Below, in pieces: positions 47,834-60,679 of a stretch of DNA of 64,000 nt. A program made the translations under genes and the position numbers. Source of the DNA: Eledone cirrhosa. Its lineage: Eukaryota. Location of the stretch: positions 225,122,001-225,186,000 of the forward strand of contig OZ024743.1 in the NCBI GenBank assembly GCA_964016885.1, read 5' to 3'. How positions within the stretch are numbered: the first letter of the stretch is position 1; each line of letters starts with the position of its first letter. Below the pieces are notes generated by a model. That model was given only the letters and a program-made list of their open reading frames with translations, searched no databases and was not told where the DNA came from.

Positions 47834-48526
47834 TATGTATATATACATATATATGTATATATACATATATATGTATATATACATATATATGTATATATAC
47901 ATATATATGTATATATACATATATACATATATATGTATATATACATATATATGTATATATACATATATATGTATATATACATATATATGTATATATACAT
48001 ATATACATATATATGTATATATGTATATATACATATATACATATATGTATATATGTATATATACATATATATGTATATATACATATATATGTATATATAC
48101 ATATATATGTATATATACATATATACATATATATGTATATATGTATATATACATATATACATATATGTATATATGTATATATACATATATATGTATATAT
48201 ACATATATATGTATATATACATATATATGTATATATACATATATACGTATATATGTATATATACATATATATACATATATACGTATATATGTATATATAC
48301 ATATATATGTATATATACATATATATGTATATATACATATATATGTATATATACATATATATGTATATATACATATATATGTATATATACATATATATGT
48401 ATATATACATATATATGTATATATACATATATATGTATATATACATATATATGTATATATACATATATATGTATATATACATATATATGTATATATACAT
48501 ATATATGTATATATACATATATATAC

Positions 48527-48557
<31 letters not shown>

Positions 48558-48561
48558 TATG

Positions 48562-48596
<35 letters not shown>

Positions 48597-48629
48597 ATAT
48601 ACATATATATGTATATATACATATATATG

Positions 48630-48661
<32 letters not shown>

Positions 48662-48971
48662 TATGTATATATACATATATATGTATATATACATATATAT
48701 GTATATATACATATATATGTATATATACATATATATGTATATATACATATATATGTATATATACATATATATGTATATATACATATATATGTATATATAC
48801 ATATATATGTATATATACATATATATGTATATATATATATATATATACATATATATGTATATATACATATATATGTATATATACATATATATGTATATAT
48901 ACATATATATGTATATATATATGTATATATACATATATATGTATATATACATATATATGTATATATACATA

Positions 48972-49033
<62 letters not shown>

Positions 49034-49051
49034 TATGTATATATATACATA

Positions 49052-49111
<60 letters not shown>

Positions 49112-49341
49112 CACATATATATGTATATATATATACATATATATGTATATATATATACATATATATGTATATATACATATATATGTATATATACATATAT
49201 ATGTATGTATATATATATATGTATGTATATATATATATGTATGTATATATATATATGTATGTATATATATATATATGTATGTATATATATATGTATGTAT
49301 ATATATATGTAAGTATATATATATGTAAGTATATATATATG

Positions 49342-49415
<74 letters not shown>
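47782..49415. repeat. 18-bp higher-order repeat (ATATATACATATATATGT)n
   Basis: Regular alternation of C and G interruptions. Confidence 0.9.
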
Positions 49416-49779
49416 TATTACTGCGTCACGCAGTAATACAGGGTACCCGACCTCCCATGGGTACATGCTGAAGCATATAAACAATATGCCCCCACTCTCC
49501 CCACCGCAAGGTGGTCGTGGATGTGCCACGGCAAAAAAGCACCCAGCCCACACTGTAAAGTGGACGTGTAGGCGCCACGAAAAAGCACCCAGCACTCACT
49601 GTAAATGAGGTTGGTGTTAGGAAGGGCATCCAGCTGTAGAAATCAAGCCAGATGAGTTCCTGTATGAGCAAGGCATGGTCAGCCGACCAGACACTGCCCA
49701 CAACAGGACAACCCGTCTAACCCATGCTAGCGTGGAAGAACGGACGTAAAACGGTGATGATGATGATGATGATGATGAT
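49416..49779 (+). mobile_element. RTE 3' end (subfamily 1) with small 5' hairpin
   Basis: Reverse complement of 14182-14538; (GAT)n tail. Confidence 0.9.
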
Positions 49780-49896
49780 ATACATATATATATGAAATGC
49801 GCATAATAAAATACATGGAACTCTTTTAACCATCTTTTGTTCTTATATATTATGTATATATACATATATATATATGTATATATTTATACACATATA

Positions 49897-52743
49897 TTTC
49901 AAAAAACGAGACAATCACTTGATCACCTATAGATCAGGGGAACACACCAGTTAGATAGATTATATCCTTACCAGAAGACGTGATAGAGTGTCTGTCGTAA
50001 ACACTAAATCCCTCCCCCATGAAGAATGCACCTCCCAACATAGACTCATAGTCAGCGACCTCGTAGTCAAGACAAGACGTAGTCGACAACAGAGGAGGAC
50101 TATCCTCAGGATAAAAAATATGGCAGCCAGTAATAAATTTAAAAGAATATTACTTGATGCTTTCGATAGTAAGGAAGAGCAATTAGTGTCGTACAATATA
50201 GAGGAACAGTGGGAATTCCTGAAAGCTAACCTGCTGATGGCTGCAGACGAAGTCTGTGGCTGGAGCAGGCCTATAGGCAGGAGGAGAGTAACGTGGTGGT
50301 GGAACAGTAAGGTGGAGGAGTCAATTAAGGCCAAAAAGCAGGCTTGGAAAGTATGGCGGGATGGGGGAAGTAGAGAAGACTATCAAGTGGCTAGGAGGGA
50401 AGCTAGGAGACAAGTGTACTTCGCAAGAAGGGAAGCAGAGGAAAGAAAGTTCAAGCATGTTCTACAACGGAAGGACCAAAAACGTGAGGTGTTCAGGATT
50501 GCTAGGCAATGTGTCAAGGAAAACCGTGATATTGTCGGGGAGAAGTGTGTCCTTAATGATGATGGTGTACTTGCCATCACTGACGCTGATAAGAAGGTAG
50601 CTTGGAAGTGTCACTACGAAAGGCTACTAAATGAGGAGAATAAATGGGAGAAAGACAGTCTCCCCCACATCGATCCAATAGAGGGACCAGCAGTGCTAGT
50701 TGAAGGTAGTATAATAAGTAAGGCAATCAAAGATATGAAGACGGGCAAGGCGGCTGGGCCTTCAGAAATAGTTGCTGAAATGCTGAAAGCATCTGGAACG
50801 GTGCGACACACTATGGTCACCCGGATAGTAAACCACGTCATACAGAATGGGGTCATTCCGAAGGACTGGTGTAGCAGCATCATCATTAACTGCTACAAGG
50901 GTAAAGGAGATGCCCTAGATAGGGGTAACTATAGAGGCATTAAATTAATCGACCAGGTCATGAAGGTCACAGAAAAAGTAATAGCGCAACTAATCAGAGA
51001 GCGAATTGATCTAGATGAAATGTAGTTCGGGTTTGTGTCAGGTAAAAGTACAACAGACGCTCTTTTCATTGTACGACAACTACAGGAGAAGTACCTAGCT
51101 AAAAGTAAACCCCTATACTTAGCTTTTGTTGACTTGGAGAAAGCCTTTGACAGAGTCCCCTGTTCCATTATCTGGTGGGATCTTAGAAAACTTGGTGTTG
51201 ATGAATGGCTTGTGAGAGCTATACCAGCCATGTATAAAGAAACAGTCAGCAAGGTTGAATTAACAACGAATATAGTGAAGAGCTTAGCGTAAAGGTTGGT
51301 GTGCATCAGGGCTCCGTCCTTAGCCCCCTCCTATTTATTATTGCCCTTCAGGCTATAACAGAGGAGTTCAAGACCGGTTGCCCATGGGAAGTCCTATACG
51401 CAGATGATCTAACGCTCATAGCTGAATAAATGGCTGAACTAGAGAAGAAATTCCAAATATGGAAGCATGGCCTAAAATCAAAAGGCCTTAAAATTAACCT
51501 AAAATTAAGACTAAAGTTCTAGTTTGTAGGAAGGAAAATAGGGCACCAGTCCCATCTGGGAAATGACCATGCTCAGTGTGTAGGAAAAAAGTAGGCAGAA
51601 ACTCCATTTTATGTCCCAAATGCAAAGTATGGGTGCATAAAAGATGTAGTGGGATCACAGGTAAGCTAACTAAGAATATAGATTTTATATGTGGCCGGTG
51701 CTCTGGTGCAATAAGTAGCAGCAAGTGCCCACAGAATACTAGCTCATTCTATTGCACAGACGGTTCTATAGAAATAGTGGACAGCTTCCGTTACCTGGGT
51801 GACAAAATCAGCAGTGGGGGAGAGTGCTCCGAAAGTACAGTAGCTAGAGTCAGAACGGGATGGAAAATGTTCAGAGAGTTTATACCACTATTGGCCGCTA
51901 AAGGGTTCTCACTAAAAATGAAAGGCAGGCTGTATGATGCCTGCATACGAACAGCAATGTTGCATGGCAGTGAGACCTGGGCATTGTGTGCAGAGGATAT
52001 ACACAGACTGGAGAGGAACGAAGCTTGCATGCTCCGCTGGATGTGTATTAATAATATACGTGAACAGGAAAGCATAAACGAACTAAGGGAGAAATTAGGA
52101 ATAAGAGGGATCAGATGCTGTTTACTCGAGAGAAGACTACGTTGGTACGGTCACGTGATGTGCATGAAAGACAGCTTTATAAAAAAGTGCAGGGCGATAA
52201 AAATAGACGGTAGCCACGGAGTAGGCAGACCCAGAAAAACCTGGGACGACTTGCTAAACTCCGACCTCACAAACTTACACCTCTCCAAGACAATGTCACT
52301 GGACCAAGATCTTTGGCGATACACAGTAATACAGAAGACCCGCCTTGCCTAAGTACAAAGCGAAACCTACACTCAGTAGGCACCTCTAACAAAAATACAC
52401 CCCGGCCACACTACCCCCACCCCATCCACACCACCCCTTCCAATGTAAAGTTATGTTGGTACCACAGCATCCAGTCCGAAACAAATGAGGGCGTGTAGGT
52501 GTCACGACAAAAAAAACACACAGTCCACACTGTAATGTGGCCATGTAGGTAACACGGTAAAAACCTCCCAGTCCACACTGTAAACGTGGTTGGTGTTAGG
52601 AAGGGCATCCAGCCGTAGAAAACCCGCCAGACAGTCCTATATACGAGCAAGACAACCAATCTTGCCTCAAGTGGGAAAATTCCCGTCCAAACCCATGCTA
52701 GCGTGGAAGATGGACGTTAAACGATGATGATGATGATGATGAT
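49897..52743 (+). mobile_element. RTE LINE, 5'-truncated, with stops and frameshifts (subfamily 2-like)
   Basis: ORF pieces 49988-51025, 51035-51292, 51576-52352; 3' UTR and tail. Confidence 0.92.
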
Positions 52744-52938
52744 ATATATAAAAGAGAAAACACAGGTAAGCATTAAGAGAAGGATTTTATCCAGGTATTT
52801 ACGACCGTTTCATTGGTAAGTGCAACCTTATATTGCTATACTGCAAATAACCGTACGTTGAAACCGTCCATGAAACTGGCTTTCTTAACCACGAACTGGA
52901 TCACAATAAGCAATTTTCTGCTTCCCTAACTATATATA

Positions 52939-52981
<43 letters not shown>

Positions 52982-53073
52982 AGAGAAAGAAAGTTAGTTC
53001 CACAACAAATTAGCAAACTATAGTTGAGAACACGTGTTTCACCACAAGGATTCTGCAACTAATGTATATACAC

Positions 53074-53109
53074 GAGCTGAAGAATCCTTTAGGTGAAACA
53101 CGTGTTCTC
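53074..53109 (+). ncRNA. Minimal type I hammerhead-like motif
   Basis: GAG CTGAAGA ATCCTTTAGGT GAAA CACGTG TT CTC. Confidence 0.6.
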
Positions 53110-53503
53110 AACTATGTTTTGCTAATTTATTGTGGAATTAACTCTTATGCCAAACTCATTCATTGGACTGAATGCTCTACCAACTTTGGATATAACCTCC
53201 TGTTTTTTTACCACTATATATGTGTGTGTGGTGTGTGGTGTGTGTGTACATATATATATATATCCAAGATGGTGGACTGAATATGCACGTGTGGTTTTTT
53301 TCTCCTCAAATTATTTTCTCATTTTTCCCCCATTCCTTCCTTTATCACCCCTACTTTCTAACTTTCTTCTGATGAAGGAGTAGTGTCTTCACGAAATGTT
53401 AAGACACTCTTCCTGCTATTTTCAAACATCAAACCAATATATTTCTTCCATGTACTGTGTCTTTTTTGTTTTGTTATTGTTGTTATTTGTGTTTACCTTT
53501 TAC

Positions 53504-53755
53504 AGGCGCATAGCTTTGTGGTTAGAGCATTGGGCTTGAAATCAAAAGGTTGTGAGTTCAATTCTCGTGTTTCCTTGAGCAAGACACTTTATTTCACATT
53601 GCTCCAGTTTACTCAGCTGTAGAAATCAAGCCAGAATCAGTTCCCGTATGAGCAAGACAAGGTCAGCCAACCGGACACTGCCCACAACAGGACAACCCGT
53701 CTAACCCATGCTAGCGTGGAAGAACAGACGTAAAACGGTGATGATGATGATAATG
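53504..53755 (+). mobile_element. Family A SINE variant, internally deleted, with subfamily-1 RTE tail
   Basis: Head/CORE fused at CAGCTGTAGAAAT to tail; ends CCCACAACAGGACAACCCGTCTAACCCATGCTAGCGTGG. Confidence 0.8.
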
Positions 53756-53820
53756 ACATCATCATCATCATCATTTAACGCTCATTTTCCCTGTTAGCAT
53801 GCGTTTGGATATATATATAT

Positions 53821-55950
53821 ATGGGAACTTCTCTATGCTGGCGATCTGGTTCTTATAGCAGAATCAGTAGAGGAGCTAGAGAATAAATTCTGGCTATGGA
53901 AACACCAGTTTGAATCAAAAGGACTGAGAGTGAACCTATCATCATCATCTTCGTTTAACGTCCATCTTCCATGCTAACATGGGTTAGACTAGCTAAGACA
54001 AAAGTGTTGATAAGTAGAAAAGAGGACAAAACTCAGATTCCATCAGGGAAATGGCCATGTTTGATATGTAGGAAAGGAGCTGGCATAAATTCTATAAAAT
54101 GTACACAATGCAGATCTTCGGTACACAAAAGATGTAGTGGGATAGCAGGCAAACTAACAGGTAGGGAAAACTACGTATGCAGTAGATGTACAGGGAAATT
54201 TGACAGTAGACGTCGCAGTGATAGACACATTTTTAAAATGCAGGTGGGTTCTATGGAAGTAGTTGATAGCTTCCGGTACCTAGGTGATCAAATTAGCATG
54301 GGAGGGGGGTGTTCTGAGGCCATAGTATCTAGAATAAGGATGGGTTGGAAGAAGTTTAGGGAGCTGCTTCTTCTGTTGACAAAGAAGGGTTTTTCCCTGT
54401 GTACAAAAGGCCGGTTATATGATGGATGCGCGATGCTGCATGGTAGTGAGACATGGGCAGCAACTGCAGTGGATATGTGACGACTAGAGAGAAATGAAGC
54501 AAGCATGCTCTTTTGGGTGTGCAATGTCAATGTGCGGGATAGAAGACTGCGATGGTATGGACATGTGACGTGCATGGAGGATGACCGCTGGGTAAAGAGG
54601 TGCCAAGAAATCCCAGTAGAAGGAAAATGCAGTAGAGGAAAACCACGAAAAACATGGGTGGAGGTGGTGAGAGCAGACCACAGATTGCTGAAGGTCAAGG
54701 ACTGTGATGAAGGACTGTGACAAGTGGAGAGATGCTGTGCTGAATAGGTCCCATCCCACCCTTGCAAGCAGGGAAAAGCGGACGTATAATGATTATTTAT
54801 TTGTAAAACAAGACGATAAACTGTAATAAATACAAAAGTTTGCCAATGCTTTGTTCCACATTGCAAGGCAGTGAGTCAATGTAAATCAGGATATTGTTAG
54901 GGAAATGTGTGTTAGTAATGACACGAGTGCACTTAGAACCACTGATACTCAAAAGAAAGAAGCCAGGAAATGTTACTATGAGAGGTTGATGAATGTTGAG
55001 AATGAACAAGAGGAAGAGAAACTAACTCCAACTTACCCAACATAAGGATCATTCATTGGAGTTGACAGTTATAGGTTTAAAGAAACAATCAGAGGTAGTT
55101 GATGAGATGTAAAAAGCATCGGAAGAAGTAGAAATCAAACTAGGAATCTGCATAGTCAATCAAGTAATACAGGACAGAGTTATATCAAATGATTGGTACA
55201 GCAGTACAATTATAAATTGCTACAAGGGCAAAGATGATGCTCTAGAAAGGAGCAACTACAGAGGGATAAAACTAATGGACTAAGTTATGAAAGTGATGGA
55301 AAGTGATAGAACACAACTTATTAGGGAAAGAGTCAAATTAGACAAGATGAAGTTTGGTTTCATGCCTGGGAAAAGATGCCCTCTTTTTAGTGAGGCAACT
55401 ACAAGAGATTATTTATTTGTAAAACAAGATGATAAACTGTAATAAAAACAAAAGGATTGGAAGGATCCTCGGTTGTTTCAAAGATATGCTGCAATATTTA
55501 GCTTTTGTTCATCTTGAAAAGGCTTTTGACAGAGTACCTCGATCTATTATCTTGTGTTCCTAAAAGAAATTAGGTGTAAAAGAATGGCTTGTGAGAGCAG
55601 TGCAGGCCATGTACAGTGAGAGTAGGAAGTGAGTTTAGAGAGAAATTCAAGGTAGAGGTTCATCAGGATTCGGTTCTTAGCACACTGCTGTTCATCGTAG
55701 TTCTCCAGGCCATAACAGAGAAGTTTAAAACTAGCTGCTCTTGGTAACTTTTCTATGCTGATAATCTAGTTTTTATAGCTTAATCCACAAAAGAACTAGA
55801 AAATAAGTTCTGACTATGGAAACAGAAATCACTGTGAATCACAAAGGAGATGATGAAGGAATGCTGTGAGTGGAGAGATGCTGTTCTGAGAAGGACCCAT
55901 CTAACTCATCCAAGCATGGTAAAGCAGACGTAAAAACGATGATGATGATA
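53821..55950 (+). mobile_element. Old RTE LINE fragments in permuted order
   Basis: RT C-terminal half 53821-54790, then the more N-terminal RT region 54860-55830 and a second tail. Confidence 0.8.
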
Positions 55951-56510
55951 TATATATACATACACAGATGCATATATATATATATATATATACATACACA
56001 CATATACATACACATATGTATATACTATATATACACATGCACACACACACACACATATATATATATACTATATATACACATGCACACACACACATATATA
56101 TATACTATATATACACATGCACACACACACACACATATATATATATACTATATATACACATGCACACACACACATATATATATACTATATATACACATGC
56201 ACACACACACACATATATATATACTATATATACACATGCTCACACACACACACATATATATATACTATATATACACATGCTCACACACACACACATATAT
56301 ATATACTATATATACACATGTTCACACACACACATATTATATATATACACATGCACACACACACACATATATATACACATGCACACACACACACACACAT
56401 ATATATACACATGCACACACACATATATATACACATGCACACACACACACACACATATATATACACATGCACACACACACACACACATTATATATATATA
56501 TATATACAGA
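55951..56510. repeat. ~40-bp CA/TA minisatellite
   Basis: TATATACTATATATACACATGCACACACACACA units. Confidence 0.9.
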
Positions 56511-56597
56511 TATATATTTTGATAGTCTGCGGTACTGGGAAGACTATCAATCAAAGAAATACTCAATACATGGTAAGATGTATACACACACACATAC

Positions 56598-56850
56598 TGT
56601 GGTTAGTGATAGGAAGGGCATCCAGCTGTAGAAAGCTTGGCATACAAAAGGATTGGAAGGACCCTCGGTTGTTTCAAAGGCACAAGAACCTCACCTGGGC
56701 CCCCAGTGGAGTGTCAACCATACATAAAGTGAGACACAGATCACTAGCCTGCCTGGGAGATCAGTACCTCTGCTTCAGTACTGACTTGGGCTATGTGAGC
56801 CCATCCAGCCTTGCTAGCAGGGAAAGTGGACATTAAAACGACAATGCTGA

Positions 56851-56853
<3 letters not shown>
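56598..56853 (+). mobile_element. RTE-type 3' tail fragment
   Basis: AGGAAGGGCATCCAGCTGTAGAAA...GCAGGGAAAGTGGACATTAAAACG. Confidence 0.6.
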
Positions 56854-56888
<35 letters not shown>

Positions 56889-57144
56889 GGAATAGTTTGG
56901 TAAACATATCCATGGCTTAGCGCAACTCAAGTCCTTAGGGCAAGTTTAAATATAATTATTAAAGTCAGTTACAACAACGGCACTATATCAGATACGTACA
57001 TTTTGTTAGTTCTGAGGACTGCTTGATCAACCTGTGCCAATGAAAATGAACCAGAAAATGTTTACTCAAAAAGGAAAATACAGAATAGAGAAAAAGAAGA
57101 GAACCTCGAATTGAGGGCAGATAGTCTCGTTAAATGTTAATATC

Positions 57145-57326
57145 AATTATTTCTACTTTTAGCATAAGGCCAGCAATTACCCAGTACATTACTGGTACTT
57201 TATTTTATCAACCCCGTAAGGATGAAAGGCAAAGTTAACCTCGGCGGGACTTAACTCAGATCGTAAAGGGACATAACTATGCTGGAAAGTATGTCCGACC
57301 CTCTACCGATACTGCCAATTCACCTT
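57145..57326 (-). mobile_element. tRNA-derived SINE (family B)
   Basis: Reverse complement of 6794 copy; 15-bp TSD GTTAAATGTTAATAT at 57129-57143 and 57339-57353. Confidence 0.85.
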
Positions 57327-57364
57327 GTTAAATGCCTTGTTAAATGTTAATATTAATGTCAGAC

Positions 57365-57950
57365 AGAAAGACATTTTTAGTCCTCATAGATACACACTTC
57401 CCCATAAGACACAACTACAACAAGATCTTTAACTGTCATATGGTCAAAATTGGATACTCCTGTGCCAGGAACATGAAGTCATGCCTCCTGCATAAACAAC
57501 AGAGCCCCAAAGTAAATAGATGTTCTTGTAAAAAACCTGAGCTATGCCCACTGGATCAACGATCCAACACCCCAGCAATAATATACGAAGCTGAGGTCTC
57601 ACCATTGAATCAATATCACCAAAAGGAATCCTGAAAATACAACGGTATGTCAGAGAACCAATTTAAAAATCTCTTCCTTAATCACAAAATAACCTTCAGA
57701 TACCCAAATAAAAGAAACCACAAATTTGGTGAATGAAATATGGCAACTTAAAGACAAGAACAAAGACTTCTCCATCAATTGGAAGATGGTAGAAAATTTC
57801 TCGACCATATATAAATGGGATCAAGAACTGGAGATTATGCAATGGTGAAAAATGGTGGATATCGAATAATCTCCACAACAGTAACAAATCACTTAACACA
57901 CACACAGTTCTTCTTACGATGTTCTCACGTTTCTAGGTATCTTTTAATGA
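57365..57950 (+). mobile_element. Degenerate PLE thumb/GIY-YIG fragment, same type as PLE 2
   Basis: HFP..HNYNKIFN..VKIGYSC..NMKS, CSC-x5-CPL, IIYEAEV. Confidence 0.75.
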
Positions 57951-58279
57951 ACTGGACTCCTTAATATTGATTCATGTATTTCCCCCAAAAATCATCCCTA
58001 ATCTATCAATTTTTTCTTGGCCCTCATAATTATCAACTAATTTAGTATTTGTTCTGTTTATTTTTTTTATTAAATTGTCTCTCCTAGACAATCCAGATTT
58101 TCTGCCCTTGATTTGGGACTCTCCTTTCTTTATCGTTCTGTATTTTCCTTTTTGAGTAAACATTTTCTAATTCATTTTAAATGGCATAGGTTGAACAAGT
58201 TGGTCCTCATGGCTAATGAAACATATATACTTGGTATGGTGCCATTGTAGTAACTGGCCTTGATAATTACGCACACATA

Positions 58280-58347
58280 TAAATATATATATACAATATA
58301 TATATATACAATATATATATATATATATACAATATATATATATATAT

Positions 58348-58420
<73 letters not shown>

Positions 58421-58455
58421 ATATATATATATATATATACAATATATATATATAT

Positions 58456-58491
<36 letters not shown>

Positions 58492-58655
58492 ATATATATA
58501 TACAATATATATATATATATATACAATATATATATATATATATATACAATATATATATATATACAATATATATATATATATATATATATTGTATATATAT
58601 ATATATATACAATATATATATATATATATATATTGTATATATATATATATATACA

Positions 58656-58686
<31 letters not shown>

Positions 58687-58804
58687 ATATATATATATAT
58701 ATATATATACAATATATATATATATATATATATATACAATATATATATATATATATACAATATATATATATATATATACATATACAATATATATATATAT
58801 ATAT

Positions 58805-58848
<44 letters not shown>

Positions 58849-58866
58849 ATATATATATATATATAT

Positions 58867-58904
<38 letters not shown>

Positions 58905-59580
58905 ATATATATATACATATACAATATATATATATATATATTATGTCGGGTCACCAGTTGGTCACCAGTTGGTGCTACTGGTAACATGTATCCCAGTACA
59001 ACCTGTCTCATGGTCGGGTCGTTGGCGACTAAACTGGCAACCCCACCAAGGTTTCTTGGTGAGGAGGGTGACTTTGGACATCCTGCAGGACTAAAAACAA
59101 GACCTGTCAAAGGGCAAAGGAGCTCTTAAGAGTCAATGGCCATCCAAAATCACAGGGAAAGATGACCCCTTAGCCTTTGTCAAGGCAGAATTCTAGGAGA
59201 AGGAAAACTCTGATATAACACCTGCAACTCTGATGGTATCCAATGATGTTGACTTGTTCTTCTTTTTGGTAAATATCATCTTGGTTAAGAGAGTGGGACT
59301 GGCTTTGTGCAGTGCCTTTGCTCACTATAAAAGCTTCACGGCACAGGCATTGCTTTATATCTGGAGATCTCTCTGCACTTGTCATCACATGTACCATGGG
59401 CCCAGCACTATATGTCAATAATGGTCACCAGTGGGGTGTTTGTGCCAGAGTTTTCAAGTCGCTGGCTGGACTAAAAAGTCACACTCGTTCAGCGCATCGG
59501 TAGGGGTTCTCCTACATGGATATAAAGTAGTGGCCGTACTCGAAAACGAATTGGCAGCCACCATATATATATATATATAT

Positions 59581-59618
<38 letters not shown>

Positions 59619-59634
59619 ATATATATATACATAT

Positions 59635-59672
<38 letters not shown>

Positions 59673-59688
59673 ATATATATATACATAT

Positions 59689-59732
<44 letters not shown>

Positions 59733-59751
59733 ATATATATATACATATACA

Positions 59752-59782
<31 letters not shown>

Positions 59783-59863
59783 ATATATATATACAATATA
59801 TATATATATATATACAATATATATATATATATATATATATACAATATATATATATATATATAT

Positions 59864-59901
<38 letters not shown>

Positions 59902-59922
59902 ATATATATATATATATATACA

Positions 59923-59953
<31 letters not shown>

Positions 59954-59963
59954 ATATATATAT

Positions 59964-60003
<40 letters not shown>

Positions 60004-60050
60004 ATATATATATATATATATATATACAATATATATATATATATATATAT

Positions 60051-60127
<77 letters not shown>

Positions 60128-60156
60128 ATATATATATATATATATATACAATATAT

Positions 60157-60232
<76 letters not shown>
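58280..60232. repeat. (TA)n array with TACAA interruptions, split by an insertion at 58943-59563
   Basis: Same variant on both sides of the insert. Confidence 0.93.
58943..59563 (+). mobile_element. Non-autonomous bipartite RTE-derived element
   Basis: Second copy of 25602-26209; 3' end encodes [21 protein letters not shown]. Confidence 0.8.
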
Positions 60233-60235
<3 letters not shown>

Positions 60236-60559
60236 GCACATGGCTTAGTGGTTAGAGCATTGGCCTTGCAATCGAAAGGTTGTGAGTTCAATTCTCAGAC
60301 CGTGTGATGTGTTGTTTCCTTGAGTAAGACACTTTATTTCACATTGTTCCAGTTTACTCAGCTGTAGAAATGAGACGATAGGACTGGGGTCCATATCATT
60401 CCACTGCAAAGTGGTTGTGGAGGTGCCACGGAAAAAAAGCACCCAGCACTCACTGTAAATGAGGTTGGTGTTAGGAAGGGCATCCAGCTGTAGAAATCAA
60501 GCCAGAATCAGTTCCCGTCCCTCCCTTGGAAGCAGGGAAAAGTGGACGTAAAATGATGA

Positions 60560-60563
<4 letters not shown>
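60233..60563 (+). mobile_element. CORE-type SINE with RTE tail (family A)
   Basis: Near identical to 19395-19732. Confidence 0.9.
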
Positions 60564-60598
<35 letters not shown>

Positions 60599-60679
60599 TA
60601 TATATATATACACAAACACACATACATATATATATATATATACAAACACACATACAACAGATTAAATGTTGTATATATA

